NCBI GenBank assembly: GCA_052035955.1
Contig: JBPOHD010000005.1
Coordinates: 11,709-75,708 of the forward strand
Length of the DNA stretch: 64,000 nt
Source of the DNA: Pseudomonadota bacterium
Lineage (GTDB): Bacteria > Pseudomonadota > Gammaproteobacteria > Burkholderiales > Rhodocyclaceae
Direction: 5' to 3'
The notes beneath the pieces were generated by a model. It saw only the letters and a program-made list of their open reading frames with translations, made no database searches and was not told where the DNA came from. Within the stretch, counting starts at the first letter, position 1. Every line of letters starts with the position of its first letter. The translations under genes were made by a program, and so were the position numbers. This document shows positions 1 to 15,000 of the stretch, one piece after another.

Positions 1-3000
1 CGGCGAGCTGGCCTTCAGCGCCGGCCAGACGGCGGCCCAGGTGACGGTGCTGGTCCGCGCCGACCACCAGTTCGAGGGCGACGAATGGTTCGGCCTCGCC
101 CTGAGCGATCCCATCCACCCGGGCAACCCGGGGATCCCCGAGAACTTCTACGTCGGCATCGACAACGACGACGACTTCTTCATCGGCGCCGCCAGCGCCA
201 GCGTCGGCGGCGGCATCGTCAGGGCCACCCCGGTGGCCGTCGGCACCGGCTTCGGCGGCGCCTACGGGCGGGCCAATTTCGCCGGTGACCAGGACTGGAT
301 GCAGATGGATCTGGTCCAGGGCCAGAACTACGAGTTCGTCGCCTACAACAACGGCGACGGCGTCGGCATCGTGCCCGGCATCCGGGTCTTCGGTGCAAAC
401 GGCAGCACCCAGGTGACGGCCGGCGTCTCCGGCAGCACCATCGCCGGCGTACTGAGCTATGTGGACCTGACGGCGCCCACCTCGGGCACCTATTACGTCG
501 CCCTGCAGGGGGCGGCGGCCGGCGGCTACGGCTTCATGAGCACCGCCGACATGACCGTGGACGACTACGCCGACGGCAACGGCACCCACGGGGTGCTGGT
601 GGCCGACTTCGCCGGCGCCGACCGCCACGGCCGCTTCCAGACGGCCGGCGATGCGGATTTCCTGCGGCTCTACCTGGAAGTCGGGCAGACCTACACCTTC
701 GGCGCCGACCTGGTGGGCACCACCGGGGACCTGGTCCTCTACGACGAGTTCGACAGCCCCCTTGCCTTCGACGTGACGGGCATTGGCGTCGCCACGGGGG
801 TCCGCGAGTACCGGGTGACCGCCACGGCGGAATACAGCGGCGTGCATTACCTGGCCGTCACCGGCGCCACCGCCGGCGGCCGCTGGGTCGCCTTCTACGA
901 CGGGCAATCGCCCGATCCCCTCTCCATCCCGCCGACCCGCTACGGCGTCGAGGCCGCCACCCCGAACATCTACGAGGCGGATACCGGCGAGCAGGTGGCC
1001 TGGTTCAACGTCTTCCGCACCGGCAGCACCGACGACGCCGGCAGCGTCGGCTGGCGGCTGGCCGTCGAGGGCGCGGATTTGACGGGCAACGCGGACAGCA
1101 ACACGCTGACCGGCACCGTCGCCGACGACTATCTCGACGGCGGCGGGAGCGACGACCAGCTCGACGGTGGCGCCGGCGAGGACGTCGCCGTCTTCTTCGG
1201 TTATCGCGACGACTACCTGGTCGACTTCGGCACCGGCGGCACGCTGACGGTCACCGACACTTACACGGAAGATGGCGACGAGGGCACGGATACCCTGACC
1301 GGCATCGAATGGCTGTCCTTCTATGACGGCAGCTACCGCATCGAGCAGGGCGGCGAGTTCCAGGTCAATACGAATACCCTCGACAGCGAGGAGATGCCGA
1401 CCATCGCCCGCCTGGCCGACGGTGGCTGGGTGACCGCCTGGGAAGATGACGTCGAGGGCAACGTCGACGTCTTCTTCCAGCGTTACGACGCCGACGGCGC
1501 ACCGGTCGGCGGCGAGGTCCAGGCCAATACCTACGGCAGCAGCGACCAGATGGATGCCACCGTGGCCGGCCTGCAGACGGGCGGCTGGGTCGTGCTTTGG
1601 GAGTCCTGGAACCAGGATGGCGACCAGGACGGGGTGTACGGGCAGATCTACGACGAATTCGGATCGGTCGTCGGCAGCGAATTCCGGGTCAACCAGACGA
1701 CCGCCGGCGACCAGGACGAGGCCTCCGTGGCCACCCTGGCCGACGGCCGCTTCCTGGTCACCTGGGAATCCTCCACCTCGGACTCGGGGGGCACTTCCCA
1801 TGGCGTCCAGGCCCGGCTCTATGCGGCCGACGGCACCGCCCTCAGCGACGAGTTCGCCGCCAGTTCCGGCGACGACTGGAACCCCCATGTGGCCGACCTG
1901 GCCGGCGGCGGTTTCGCCATCGCCTGGGACTACTACAACGCCGGCAACGATTCCGACGAGGTCTACCTGCGGGTCTTCGATGCCGACGGCAATGCCCTCG
2001 GCGCCGCCTTCCGGGCCAACCAGTACATGGCGGATTACCAGGAGCAGGCGTCGATCGCCGGCCTGGCCGACGGCAGCTTCGTCCTCGCCTGGGAGACCTG
2101 GGAGCAGGACGGCAGCGGCGAGGCCGTCTACGCCCGCCGCTTCGATGCGGCCGGCGTGGCCCTGGGCAACGAGTTCCGCCTCAACCAGTACGCCATCGGG
2201 GACCAGGAGGACGTGGCCGTGGCCGCCCTGGCCGGCGGCGGCTTCGTCGCCGCCTGGGAATCCTACGGCCAGGACGGCAGCCTGGAAGGGGTCTATGCCC
2301 GCCGCTACGACGCCCTGGGCACCGCCCTGGGTGCCGAGTTCCGGGTCAATGTGGTGGATTTCGATGACCAGGACACCCCGACGGTGACCGGCCTGGCCGA
2401 CGGCGGCTTCGTCGTCTCCTGGGAATCCTGGGGCCAGGACGGCGATTACTACGGCATCTACGGCCGCCGCTACGATGCCGACGGCCTGCCGGTCGGCGCC
2501 CCGCGCCTGGTCTACGATGTCCTCCCAGAGCTACCCGTGGTCGATATCGCGGACTTCGCGCCCGGCTCGGTCTTCTCCGGCGTCGCCAGCTTCTCGGCCG
2601 GCCAGGCCGCCACCCTGGTCAGCATCCGGGTGGCCGGCGACACCGCCACCGAGGGCGACGAGGCCCTCGGCCTGGTCCTCACCGGCCCCGGCCTGGCTTC
2701 CGGCCATGAAACGGCGACCGCCGTCATCCGCGACGACGACGCCTTGGGCGTCGTCACCATGGATGGCGTGCCGGGCAACGTCACGGAAGGCGGCGGCTTC
2801 ACCGTCGTCCTGCGCCGGGACGGCGGCCTGCGCCAGACCTCCCTGGTGCGCTGGGGGGTGGATGCCCCCGCTCTTGCGGACGTCATGCCCCATAACGTGC
2901 CCGCTGCGGGTGACTTCGTCGGCGGCCTGCTGCCCGGCGGCACCGTCACCTTCGCTCCCGGCGCCACCACGGCGAGCTTCACCATCGCCACCGCCAACGA

Positions 3001-6000
3001 CGTGTTCAGCGAAAGCCCGGAACTCTTCGACCTGACGTTCAGCGCCAGTCGCGCCTACTTCGGCTTCCCCGGCGAGTTCGTCGGCTCCGCCCCGGGCTTC
3101 GGCATCGACGACAACGATCCCTCCCTGACCGCCGTGCCGTCCTATGCCATCTCGGCCCCGGTGAGCGTCCTCTACGAGGGCGGCGCCATCGCCCGCGAGG
3201 CGACCCCGCCGGCCACCGCCTCGGCAACCCCGGTGGTATTCACCGTCACCCGCTCGGTCCACACCGCCCAGGCCACGACCGTGAACTGGAAGCTGGACCT
3301 GGCCGAGACCCGTCGCGGCCGCGGCAACCACATGACCGTCGCCGACCTGGCCGCCGGCCAGGCCCTCTGGGGCGAACTGGGCTTCACCGCCGGCCAGACC
3401 ACGGCCACCCTGACCGTGCGGATCGCCGCCGATTATGCCAATGAGCTGAACGAGTACTTCGGCGTGGTCCTCGGGGAGGCGAATGGCTTCGAAATCGCCC
3501 GCGCCGGCGTCAGCGTGCTGAACGACGACGACCGCTTCATCGGCACGACCCTGGCCGTGGTCGGCTCCGCCACCCTGACCCCCGCCGCCCTGGTCATCGG
3601 CACCGACCGGGTGGGTTCCCGCACCCGCATCGACTTCGCCGCCGACCAGGACTGGTATGCCGTGCAGCTCAACGCCGGCGAGCAGTACGAGTTCTACGAC
3701 GTCGGCCGCCCCGGCGCCATCGACCCCAGCCTGCGCCTGCTCGACGCTTCGGGCGTCCAGGTGGCCACCGGCGCCAACAGCTTCGCCGCCTTCGACCGCA
3801 TCGTCTACACGGCCCCCGTGGCCGGCACCTATTACCTGGCCGCCGGCGCCAACGGCGGCTTCACGACGGCCGCCGTCGCCTACTCGAACCAGTACGCCAT
3901 CGTTTCCCGCACCCCGGGCGAAACCGACGACTTCGAATCCGGCCTGGCGACCCTGGATCGCCTCGCCGCCTCCAACCACCTGCCGGGCATCTTCGGCCGC
4001 ATCGACGGGGAAGGCGACGAGGATGCCTTCAGGACCTGGCTGGATGCCGGCACCACCTACACCTGGATCGTCGCCGGGATCGCCCCCGACACGGCCGCCG
4101 ATGGCCTGAGTTTCTCCCTCTACGACGCTTCTTCCGGGACCGCCGTCGTCGCACCGGTGACGATGTCCGCCGCGTCGGCCGGCGCCTGGATGACGCCGGG
4201 CGCCATTACCTTCACGCCGACGACGACCGGCGACTACGTCCTCGCCGTCACGGGCAGCGACCAGGCCCTCTGGCACATCGGCCTGGACGGCGTCTCCGTT
4301 CCCGGGCCCCTGACCTCCGCCACCCCGACGGTCTACGGCCTGCAGATCCCCGGCACGGTGATCGAGGAGGGGGACGGCAACAAGTTCAGTGCCCTGCTCG
4401 GCGTGCACCAGGTCTTCGTCAACGTCTATCGCACCGGCCCGACCAACGAGGCCGGCTCGGTGGATTGGAGGATCGGCACCCCGTCTCCCGGGCTCGACAA
4501 TGACGATTTCATCGGCGGTGCCGCCGGCACCGCCGGCACCGTCTTCTTCGGCGCCGGCGAGGCCTACCAGGGCCTGACCCTGCGCATCGTCGGCGACGAC
4601 ATCGACGAGGACGACGAAAGCTTCAGCCTCGAGCTGACGAACCCCACCTACGGCGGCAGCACCCTGACCGCCGAGCTTCACGAAGCCGACTGGCGGGACG
4701 ACCTCCGCCTCGCCGACGACGACCACACCGTCTTCTCCGTCGCCGCCCTCGAATTGCGCAAATACGAAGGCAACAGCGGCGCCACGCCCTACGTCTTCCT
4801 GGTCTCGCGGGCCGGCAGTTCCGGCGCCGGGGCCAGCGTGAACTGGGTGATGTCCTTCGGCGGCACCGCCAACGAGGCCGATTTCGTCGGCTCCGCCATG
4901 CCCGGCGGCACCATCGTCTTCGCCGAGGGCGAAACCGCCCGCCTGGTCACCGTCACGGTCCAGGGCGACACGACGCCGGAAGCCGACGAGTTCATGCGCT
5001 TCGAGCTCTACGGCGTGCCCCCCGAAGCTCTCGGCACGAATATCGCCAACGCCACCCTCCGCAACGACGATCCGGACACCGGCGCCAACACTCTCGCCGG
5101 TGCCGCCGCCGGCGGCTCGGCGCTGGCCTTCGCGGGCGGCCTCGTGTCCAACGGCATCAACGGCATGGTCGGCGGTGCAGACCGCAACGACTTCTACAAG
5201 TTCACCCTGGGCAGCGCGGCCAACGTCCGCCTGCATCTCTACGGAATGGCCGGCGGCGACGCCAACCTGCGCCTCTACCGGGGTGGCACGCCGATCGCCT
5301 ATTCCGGCAATGCCGGCAGCCAGGACGACTTCCTGCGCTACGGCGGCGCCGGCCTGGAGGCCGGCACCTACTTCGTGCAGGTGCTGCAGGGCGCCGGCGA
5401 CACGCCCTACAACCTCTACCTGGAGGCCTCGGCGGCCTCCGCGGCGCCCTCGGACGTGCTGATCACGCCGGCCAACGCCGACCGCTACGAGGGCAACACC
5501 GGCGCCACGCCCTTCGTCTTCACCGTCCTGCGCGGCGGCAACCTGGCCACCGCATCGACGGTGGGCTGGGCCGTGGCGGGCACGGGGGGCGACCCGGCGA
5601 CTTCGGCCGATTTCGTGGGCGGCACCCTGCCTTCGGGAACGCTCACCTTCGCCGCCGGCGCCACCGCCCTGCTGCTGACCATCAACGTCGCCGGCGACAC
5701 GGTGGACACCTCCAGCGACACCTTCCGGGTGCAGCTGACGGCCATCGCCAATGCCTTCCTGCCCAACGGCGGCGCCGCCGACGCCATCATCCGCAACGAC
5801 GACGGGCTGCCCGCCGACCGCGGGGCCAACACCATCGCCGGCATCGGCGCGGCCCCCTTCACCTCGGCCGACCTCGGCTACGTGGGCCTGGTGCCGACGG
5901 CCGTGGCCGGCGAGATCGTCGGCACCACCGACCCCAACGACTACTACCGCATCCGCCTGGCCGCCGACGCCGACCTGATCGTGGACCTGACCGGCATGCG

Positions 6001-9000
6001 GGCCGACGCCAACCTGGAACTGCTCAACGCCACCGGCGGCCTGCTCGCCGCCTCCTCGAATCCCCATGCCAGCGACGAGCGGATCGTCTATTCCGGCCTG
6101 GCCGCCGGCAGCTACCTGATTCGCGTCTATTCCCAGGGCGGCGCCGACACCCCCTACGACCTGCGCGCCCTGGCCGTGCCGCCCAAGGCGACCGTGCGCG
6201 TGGACGCCACCTCGGCGCCGGCTTCCGAGGGCGACAGTGTCTCGTACGATCACGTGTTCTCTGTCAGCCGCCAGGGCGACCTGTCCCAGGAAGGCCACGT
6301 CGAGTGGCGCCTGGCCCTGCCGTCGCCGGGCCTCGACGAGTTCGACTTCCCGGTCGGCTTCGCGCTGTCCGGCACGGTGAGCTTCTCCGCCGGCCAGACC
6401 ACGCCGTCTACCATCACCATCCGGACCACGGGCGACGTGGACGTGGAAGCCGACGAGAGCTTCGTCGTCGAGCTGTTCAATCCCGTCGAACTGTCCCTGC
6501 ATCCGACCGCGCGCACGGCCGGCGGCGTCATCCGCAACGACGACCGCATCGTCGCGCCACCTTCGGTGCTGATCCAGGCGCCGGGCCTCTCCGCCTTCCG
6601 CGACGAGGGCGCCGCCGGCACCGCCAGCACCTACGTGTTCACCGTCCTGCGCAACGGCGAGGCGGCGGCCCTGGACACGGGCTCCGTCGTCTCCTGGACC
6701 GTCGCCGGCCTGACGCCGGGCCTGACGGCCGAGGATTTCGACGGCGCCACGATGCCCGGGGGCAACGTCTTCTTCGCGGCTGGCCAGACCTCTGCCACCC
6801 TGACGGTGACGGTGGCCGGCGATGCCCTGGTGGAACCCGACGATCCCTTCCAGGTTCGCCTGACCGGCACCGACTGGGGCGTCGTGGTCGGCGGCGCCGA
6901 CTCGGCCTTCGCCCTGATCCGCAACGACGACATCCCGCCCGCTGCGGCGGTGGTTGCCCTGCGCGCGGTGGCCGACTCCTCGGCCCGCGACGAGGGCGAT
7001 GCCGGCAGCACGCCCTTCACCTTCGAGCTGCGGCGCAGCGGCGGCGACCCGAACGCGGTCGCCACCGTCGAATGGCGGGTGGACATCCCCGGCATCGGCG
7101 GCGCCTCGGCCGGCGACTTCGCCGGCGGCACCCTGGCCGCCGGCACCGCCACCCTGACGGCCGGCGCCGATTCGGTGCCGATCACCATCCTGGTGGCCGG
7201 CGACGCCAGTCCCGAGTTCGACGAGGGCTTCATCGTCCGCCTGACCGGCGCCAGCGGCGCCGTCATCGACCCCCTGGGGGCCAGCGTCGGCGGCCTGATC
7301 CGCAACGACGACCGGGTCACCCGCTTCGGCCTGCGCAGCGACGCCCCGGCCCTGGCCGAGGGCGATGCCGGCGACACCACCAGCTTCAGCTTCACGGTCA
7401 CCCGCTCGGGCAGTTCGGCGGGCACCGATACCGTCCAGTGGAGCGCCCTCGGCCTCGGTGCCGTGGCCGCCGACTTCCTGAACGAGACCCTGCCGGCCGG
7501 CACCCTCACCTTCACCGCCGGCCAGGAAACGGCCACCATCAGCGTGCTGGTGACCGGCGACGCGACGGTGGAGGGCAACGAGCCCTTCGCCGTGCTGCTC
7601 TCCAATCCCAGCGCGGGTGTCGAGATCGATGCCCTGGCCAACGTGGCCGTGGCCCGCATCCTCAACGACGACGGCCTGATCCCCGAGGTGGCGATCGCCG
7701 CCGTCACCGAGGTCGCGGCCGGCCCCGGGGTCGGCGACGAGGCCGTCCCGGGCGCCCGGGAAGGCGATTCCGGCAATGTGCCCATCCTCTTCCAGCTGAC
7801 CCGCAACGGCGCCAACCTGGGCAGCGCCTCGGTGGTCCGCTGGGCGGTGGCCGGGGCCCTGGTCTCGGGCGCCGACTTCGCCGGCGGCGCCCTGCCGACC
7901 GGCACCTTCAGCTTCGCCGCCGGCCAGGATTCCGGCTTCATCACCATCCGCGTGAACGGCGACAGCCAGTTCGAGGCCGACGAGCAGTTCCAGGTCAACC
8001 TGACGGCCGTCAGCAACGCGGTGATCTCCGCCGTCGCCGGCCAGGCCGCCGCCACCATCCTCAACGACGACGCTCCGCCCCTGGTCGGCATCGGCCTCGA
8101 CGGATCGACGGCGGCCGAGCAGGCCGAGGGCAACAGCACCGCCTCCGCGGGCCTGTGGAAGTTCGTCGTTGCCCGCAGCGGCGACACCTCCGGCGCCGGC
8201 AGCGTCAAGTGGGCCCTGGGCGGCAGCGACACCGGCCTGGGCGCCGACGACTTCGCCACCACGCCCCTGTCCGGGACGGTGAGCTTCGCCGCCGGCCAGG
8301 TGACCGCGACGGTCACCGTCAAGGCCAGGGCCGACTTTCTCCAGGAGGAGGACGAGCACTTCTTCCTCGCCCTGTCCGATGCCGTTGGCATGGTCATCGA
8401 CGGCGGCGCGGGCCAGGCCCATGCGGTCATCGAGAACGACGACGAGCCGCCGGTGCTGTCCATCCTGGCCGAGTCGGCCAGCCTGCAGGAGGGCAGTTCC
8501 GCCTCCGCCGGCGCCGCCACGCCCTTCGTCTTCAAGGTGGTCCGCGACGGCAGCACGCCGGCTTCCGCGGTGACGGTCAAGTGGGCCGTCTCCAGCCTGG
8601 CCAGCGGCCTCACGGCGGCAGACTTCGTCGGCTTCGCCGGCCTGCCCTCCGGCACCCTCACCCTGGCCGCGACGGCCACCGAGGCCTATATCACCCTGAA
8701 GGTGGCCACCGACTTCCTGCCCGAGGCCGACGAGCCCTTCCAGGTTTCCCTGTCGGCGGCGGTCAATGCCGGCATCTCGGCCTCCGGCGGCAGCGCCGGC
8801 GGCGTCATCGTCAACGACGACGTGCCGCCCGAGTTCAGCATCACGCCCCAGGAACTGGCCCGGAGCGAAGGCAACAGCGGCAGCACGCCCTATGTCTTCA
8901 CGGTCACCCGGGACGGCAACGTGGGCGTCGCCTACACCGTCAATTGGCGGGTCGTGGACCTGCCCTTCGCGCCCTCGGTCGCCGGCGCCGACTTCACCGG

Positions 9001-12000
9001 CGGCGCGCTGCCTTCCGGCACCCTGTCCTTCGGCGCCGCGGAAAGCGTCAGGACCATCACCCTCAACGTGGCCGGCGATGCCCTGGCCGAGCTGGACGAG
9101 ACCTTCGTCCTCGCCGTGGTGGACAACAACGGCCTGGTGCCCAGCATCAGCACCGCCGTCGGCCGCATCCTCAACGACGACGACGACAACACCGGCATCG
9201 GCACGGCCGCCAAGGCCTTCGCCGTTCCCGGCGCCGCAGCCGGCAGCTTCGATTCGCCCACCGACGAGGACTGGTTCAAGCTCAGCCTGACGGCCGGCAC
9301 CAACTACCGCTTCGTCGCCGCGGCGCTCACCGCCGACGCCCGCCTGCACCTGCGCGACGGCGCCGGCACGCTGCTCCAGGAGGACGACGACTCGGGCGGC
9401 GGCAACGCTGCCCTGATCGAGTTCACGCCGGTCACTACCGGCACCTACTACCTGGTCGCCGACGCCGCCGACGGCGCCGAGGGCCTCTATGCCCTGGCCG
9501 GCTTCCGGGTCGATGCCGGCGGCGTCATCGCCTGGCCGGGAACGGCCTCGGCGGCGCCGGTGCTGACTTTGAACGCGGCCCCGGTGGCCGGCCTGATGGA
9601 TGCCGACGGCAGCCAGTACAAGGTCAGCCTGAGCGCCGGCACCATCTATCAGTTCGTCGCCCACGGGGCCGGCACCGGCGCCTTCTCGATGGCCATCTAC
9701 AACGGTCCGTCAGGCGGCGCGACCCTGCTCGCCGCCGAGACCACCACCGACGCCCCCGACACTACTGTGACCTTCCAGGCCGCCACCAGCGGCGCCTACT
9801 ACCTGGATGCCCTGGGCGAGGCCGGCCAGGTCTTCTCCCTCGAGGCCAAGGCGGACAACTTCGCCGCCGTGCTGCCCACCCTGTCGCTCTCCGGCGCCCA
9901 GACGGCGCTGCCGGAGGGCAATGCCCTCGGGGCCGCGACGCCCTTCGTCTTCAACGTCAGCCGCGCCGGCGCGGCGGTCAATACCGTCAAGGTGGCCTAC
10001 CAGGTGACGGTGACCACGGCAGCGGGGCAGGCCAATGCGGCCGACTTCGGCGGCGCCTTGCCCACCGACACGATCACCTTCGCCCCCGGGGAACTGCTCA
10101 AGACCATCACCATCAACGTCGCCCAGGACCAGGCCTTCGAGGGCGACGAGGTGTTCGGCCTGAAGCTGCTCAATGCCTCCGGCGCCCTCATCTCGGCCAC
10201 CGGCGGCACGGTCAACAACACCATCAGGAACGACGACGCGGCACCCACCATCGCCGTCTCGGTGGATGGCGAGGCCTCCCGCGGTGAAGGCGACGCCGGC
10301 TACACGGAACGCGTCTTCGTGGTCACCCGCTCCGGCGCCATCGGCAACACCGGCAGCGTCAAGTGGAGCGTCGCCGGCGCCACCGCCACCGGCATCGGCG
10401 CCGCCAACGCGGCCGATTTCGTCGGCGGTGTGCTGTCCAGCGGCACCCTCGGCTTCGCCGCCGACCAGGCCACCGCCACGGTCACCGTCCTGGTGGCCGG
10501 CGACGCCCTGGTGGAAGGCGACGAGGCCTTCGACCTCGTCCTCTCCGCCCCGGTGGGCGGCGCCCTCGACGCCGCCGCCACCCGCGCCCGGGCCCTCATC
10601 GCCAACGACGACGTGGTCGCCCCGACGATCACCGTGACGGCGGTGGATGGCTCGAAGACGGAAGGCAACACGGCCGCCAGCGCCTATGTGTTCAGCATCA
10701 ACCGCAGCGGCGACCTGGCGCGCGCCAGCACCGTCGTCTGGGGGGTCATCCCGGTCATCGGCGGCGCCACCCTGTCCGACTTCGCCGGCGGCGTGCTGCC
10801 GGCCGGCACCGTCACCCTGGCGGCCAGCCAGTCGGCGGCCCTGGTCACCATCAGCGTGGCCGGCGACGCCTTCCAGGAGATGGACGAGGCCTTCCGGGTC
10901 AAGGCCCTTTCCGTGACCAACGGGGTCGTCTCGACCCTCGGCGGCACGGCGGTCGGCAACATCCGCAACGACGACACCACCGGCCTCGCCGCCGAGGCAG
11001 ACACGACGCGCATCGACCTGGCCGGGAACAGCCGCGACCTGGCCTACGACGTCGGCAACATCGGCTCGGCGGTGCGCAGCTTCAGCGACTTCGTCGGCGA
11101 TCCGGACCGCAACGACTACTACCGCTTCGTCACCACGGCGCGCGGCAAGCTGACCATGAACCTGACCGGCCTGACGCCGGACTCGGACCTGCAGCTGCTC
11201 TCCGGCAGCGGCAGCTTCATCGCCGGCAGCGCCCTGGCCGGCGTCGCCCCCGAGAACATCGCCGTCGACAACCTGGAGGCCGGCACCTACTACGTGCGTG
11301 TCTACCAGTTCCTCGGCAACATCAACTACACCCTCAAGCTCTCCTCGGCGGCCAACGCCGACAATGCCGGCGACTCCATCGCCACCGCCCGCAACGTCAG
11401 CGCCCTGACCGCCAATGAAGTCAGCTTCAGCGACTACGTGGGCGGCACGGACCAGGACTTCTACAAGTTCACCCTGGCCGGGGAGACCAATTTCCGCCTC
11501 AGCCTGATCGGCGACAGCCCGAACGCGGACGTCCGCGTCCTCGATGCCAATGGCCTCATCGTCGCCTCCAGCACCGGCAGCGGCAGCAACGAGAACATCG
11601 CGGCCGTCCTCGGCGTCGGCACCTATTACGCCTGGGTCTACCCGGCCAGCGGCACCATCAATTACACGCTGCGCATGTCCGGGGCGACCACCGCCCAGAG
11701 CGGCAACAACGCCTACACGGAGGCCCAGGACCTGGGCACCCTCACCACCGGCGCCAAGACCGTCACCGAGGCCGTGGGTGTCGCCGACGGGGAGGACTTC
11801 TTCAAGTTCACCACGACGGGCCTGGCCAAACTGACGGCCAACCTGACAGGCCTGACGGCGGACGCCGACCTGGTGCTGCTGCGCGGCGACGGCACCACGC
11901 CGATCGCCTTCTCGACCAATGCCGGCGCCACTTCCGAATCGGTGGTCTTCGACAACCTGGCGGCCGGCAGCTACTACCTGCAGGTGACCAGCCGCAGCGG

Positions 12001-15000
12001 CTCGACGAGCTACAACCTGACGGTCTCCTCCACGGCACCGAATCCGGCCGACGGGGCCGGCAACGGCATGGCCGTCGCCAAGGTCCTGGCCGTCGGCGCC
12101 AAGCCGCTGGTCGTCACCGATGCCATCGGCTATGGCGCCGGTGCCTCCCAGGACACGGAGGACTGGTATTCCTTCGTCCTCGCCAGCAGCAGCCTCGCCC
12201 CCACCTACGGCGTCCAGCTCGGCCTGGCCGGCCTGTCCGACGATGCCGACGTCCAGCTCTGGCGGCGCACCGCCACCGGCAGCACCACCGCGGCCCTGGC
12301 CCTGGTCGGCGCCGACCTCGGGGCCGGCCTGGACGACATCGGCCTGGGCGGTGCCCTGGCCGCCGGCACCTACTACGTCCGCGTCTTCCAGCACGACACT
12401 GCCGACAAGACCGCCTACAACCTCAGCCTGCAGGCCGCCCTCGACCCGGTGGAAGAGGGCAACGACTCGCGGTTCGTCACCACCTCGAGCCTCTTCCTGG
12501 GCACCGGCACCGTCTCGGCCGCCACCCTCACCGCGACCAGCACCGCCACCGCCGTTTCCGCCGGGCGGAAGGAGTTCATCGGCGCCCTCGACCCCGACGA
12601 CTGGTTCAAGGTCGTCCTCGCCCCCGCCGGCAGCGCCTTCGGCATCAATGTTTCCATGAGCCTCACGGGCCTGGCCGTCGGCAGCGACGCCGACCTGGAA
12701 CTGGTCGACGCCACCGGCGCCGTGGTGGCCCGCTCCGCGGTGGCCGGCAACGGCGCCGAGAGCCTGGCCGTCAATGGCCTCACCGCCGGCAACGACTACT
12801 ACGTGCATGTGCTCTCGGTGGCCGGCGATTCGGCCTACAACGTCAAGCTGGACGCGAAGCTCGGCACGGCGCCGACCGATGCGGCCGGCAACAACGTCAG
12901 CCTCACCACCACGGCCGGCCCGCGGCTGGTGACCGTGGCCGCTACCCAGGCCACGCCCTACCTGGACTATGTCGATCCGGCGGCCGACGCCGACGACTGG
13001 TACCGGTTCACGCTGCCGCCGGCCGGCGCCTCGGCCGGCGCCCTGTCCAACTTCATCGCCACCCTGTCCGGCCTGACGGCGGATGCCGACCTGGAGCTCT
13101 GGAAGATGAGCGGCACCGGCACCGGGGCCACCTGGGCCGCCTACGCGGCCACCCCGGTCAGCGCCACCGAGTCGGCCTACGGCGAGGTCTTCCGCGCCGA
13201 GGGGCTGGCCTCCGGCACCTATGCCATCCACGTCACCGCCGCCGGCGCCACCAACTATGGCCTGACCCTGGTGGCCTCGGTGGACGACTTCGCCGCCGGC
13301 ACCGGCACGACGGGTTCCTTCGCCGCCTCCACGGCCACCGCCGGCCTCTACACGGCGGCCGGCAGCATCCAGGCCACCGGCGACGTGGACTGGTTCAAGG
13401 TGGACCTGACGGAAGGCGTCTGGACCCTGCGCCAGACCGGCACCGGCACCACCGGCAAGCTCGGCGATCCCTTGATCTACGGCATCTACGACGGGGCCGG
13501 CAGCATCATCGCCGGCACCGCCAACGACGACGCCGACGGATCCACCAAGGACGCCCAGGTGATGTTCTCGGCGACGGCGGGCACCTATTACGTGGCGGCC
13601 AGCGCCTTCGGCGGCGCCACCGGGGCCTTCGCCCTGAGCCTGTCCTCAAGCAACCAGGCGCCGGTGGTGGCCAACGGCCTCCTCGACCGCAGCCTGGGCG
13701 AGAACTTCGACGCTACCCTCCGCCTGCCCTGGAACAGCTTCGCCGACGCCAACGGCGATGCCCTGACCCTGAGCTGGGCCAACGAGACCGAGCTGACCGA
13801 GGCCGGCGTCGGCTGGCTGAGCTTCGACGCGACGGCGCGCCTCTTCCATGTCACGGGGCTGACCGCCGGGGCGCCCGACATCGTGGTCCGGGTCAAGGCC
13901 GACGATGGCCACGGCGGCTCCGTGACGGACGACTTCGTGATCCGCACCACGGCGACCGCCGACGACTTCGGCGACTACCCGGGAACCCACGTGATCGGCG
14001 AGCGGACCATGGCGCCGGGCAGCCTGGCCGCGGGCAACTTCGTGCGCGGCGCCATCGACGCGGCGGGCGACGCGGACTTCTTCCAGGTGGTGCTGGCCGC
14101 GGGCCAGGACTACGTGGCCGACCTCAAGGGCCTCGGCGCCGGCACCCTGGCCGACCCGCTGCTCCTCGGCCTCTACAACTCCGGCGGCACGGCGCTGACC
14201 AGCGGCTTCACCGTCGTCCAGGACTATGCCGGCAGCACCGACGCCCGCCTGTTCATCGACGCCACCGCCGGCGGCACCTTCCACATCGGCGTGGCCGGGG
14301 CGGCGGAGGCGGTCGGCAGCTATGTGCTCGCCCTGTCTTCGGGGACCACGGCGGTGCCGGGCGTCGATCCGGTCTACGTGAACGGCAGCATCGGAACCCC
14401 CTTCCTTTACGACGAGGGGCACCACCAGGATTACCTGGAGGCCCGCGAAGGCCAGTCCTTCGCCTTCACGCTGCCCAGCGGCATGTTCACCGGCGCGGCG
14501 CCCCTCAGCTATGCGGCTACCCTGGCCAGCGGCGCGGCGCTGCCCTCCTGGCTGAAGTTCGACGCCGCCACCCGCAGTTTCGGCGGCACCGCCACCGCCG
14601 GCGCGCCGGACCTCGCCGTGCGGGTCACCGCCCGCGACGAGCTGGGCCAGTTCGCCGCCGTCGATTTCGCGGTGCGCACGCCCGTCGCCACGGGCGAGCG
14701 GAAGGCCGCCTGGACCCTGCTGGTCTATGTCGCGGCCGACTCGGCCCAGGGCGCCCTGGCCCTCAAGGACCTCAACGAGCTGGAGGGCGTGCGCCTGCCC
14801 GACAACGTCAATGTGGTCGTCATGTGGGACGGCGCCGCCGCCAACGACACCAAGCGCGGCAAGCTGGCCTACGACGCCGACATGGGCACCTTCAAGAGCG
14901 TGCTGGCCCCCGTGTCGGCGACCGCCCTGGAGAAGAACATGGGCGATCCCGCCACCCTGACCGAGTTCCTGGACTGGGGCTCCGCCAACTACCGGGCCGA

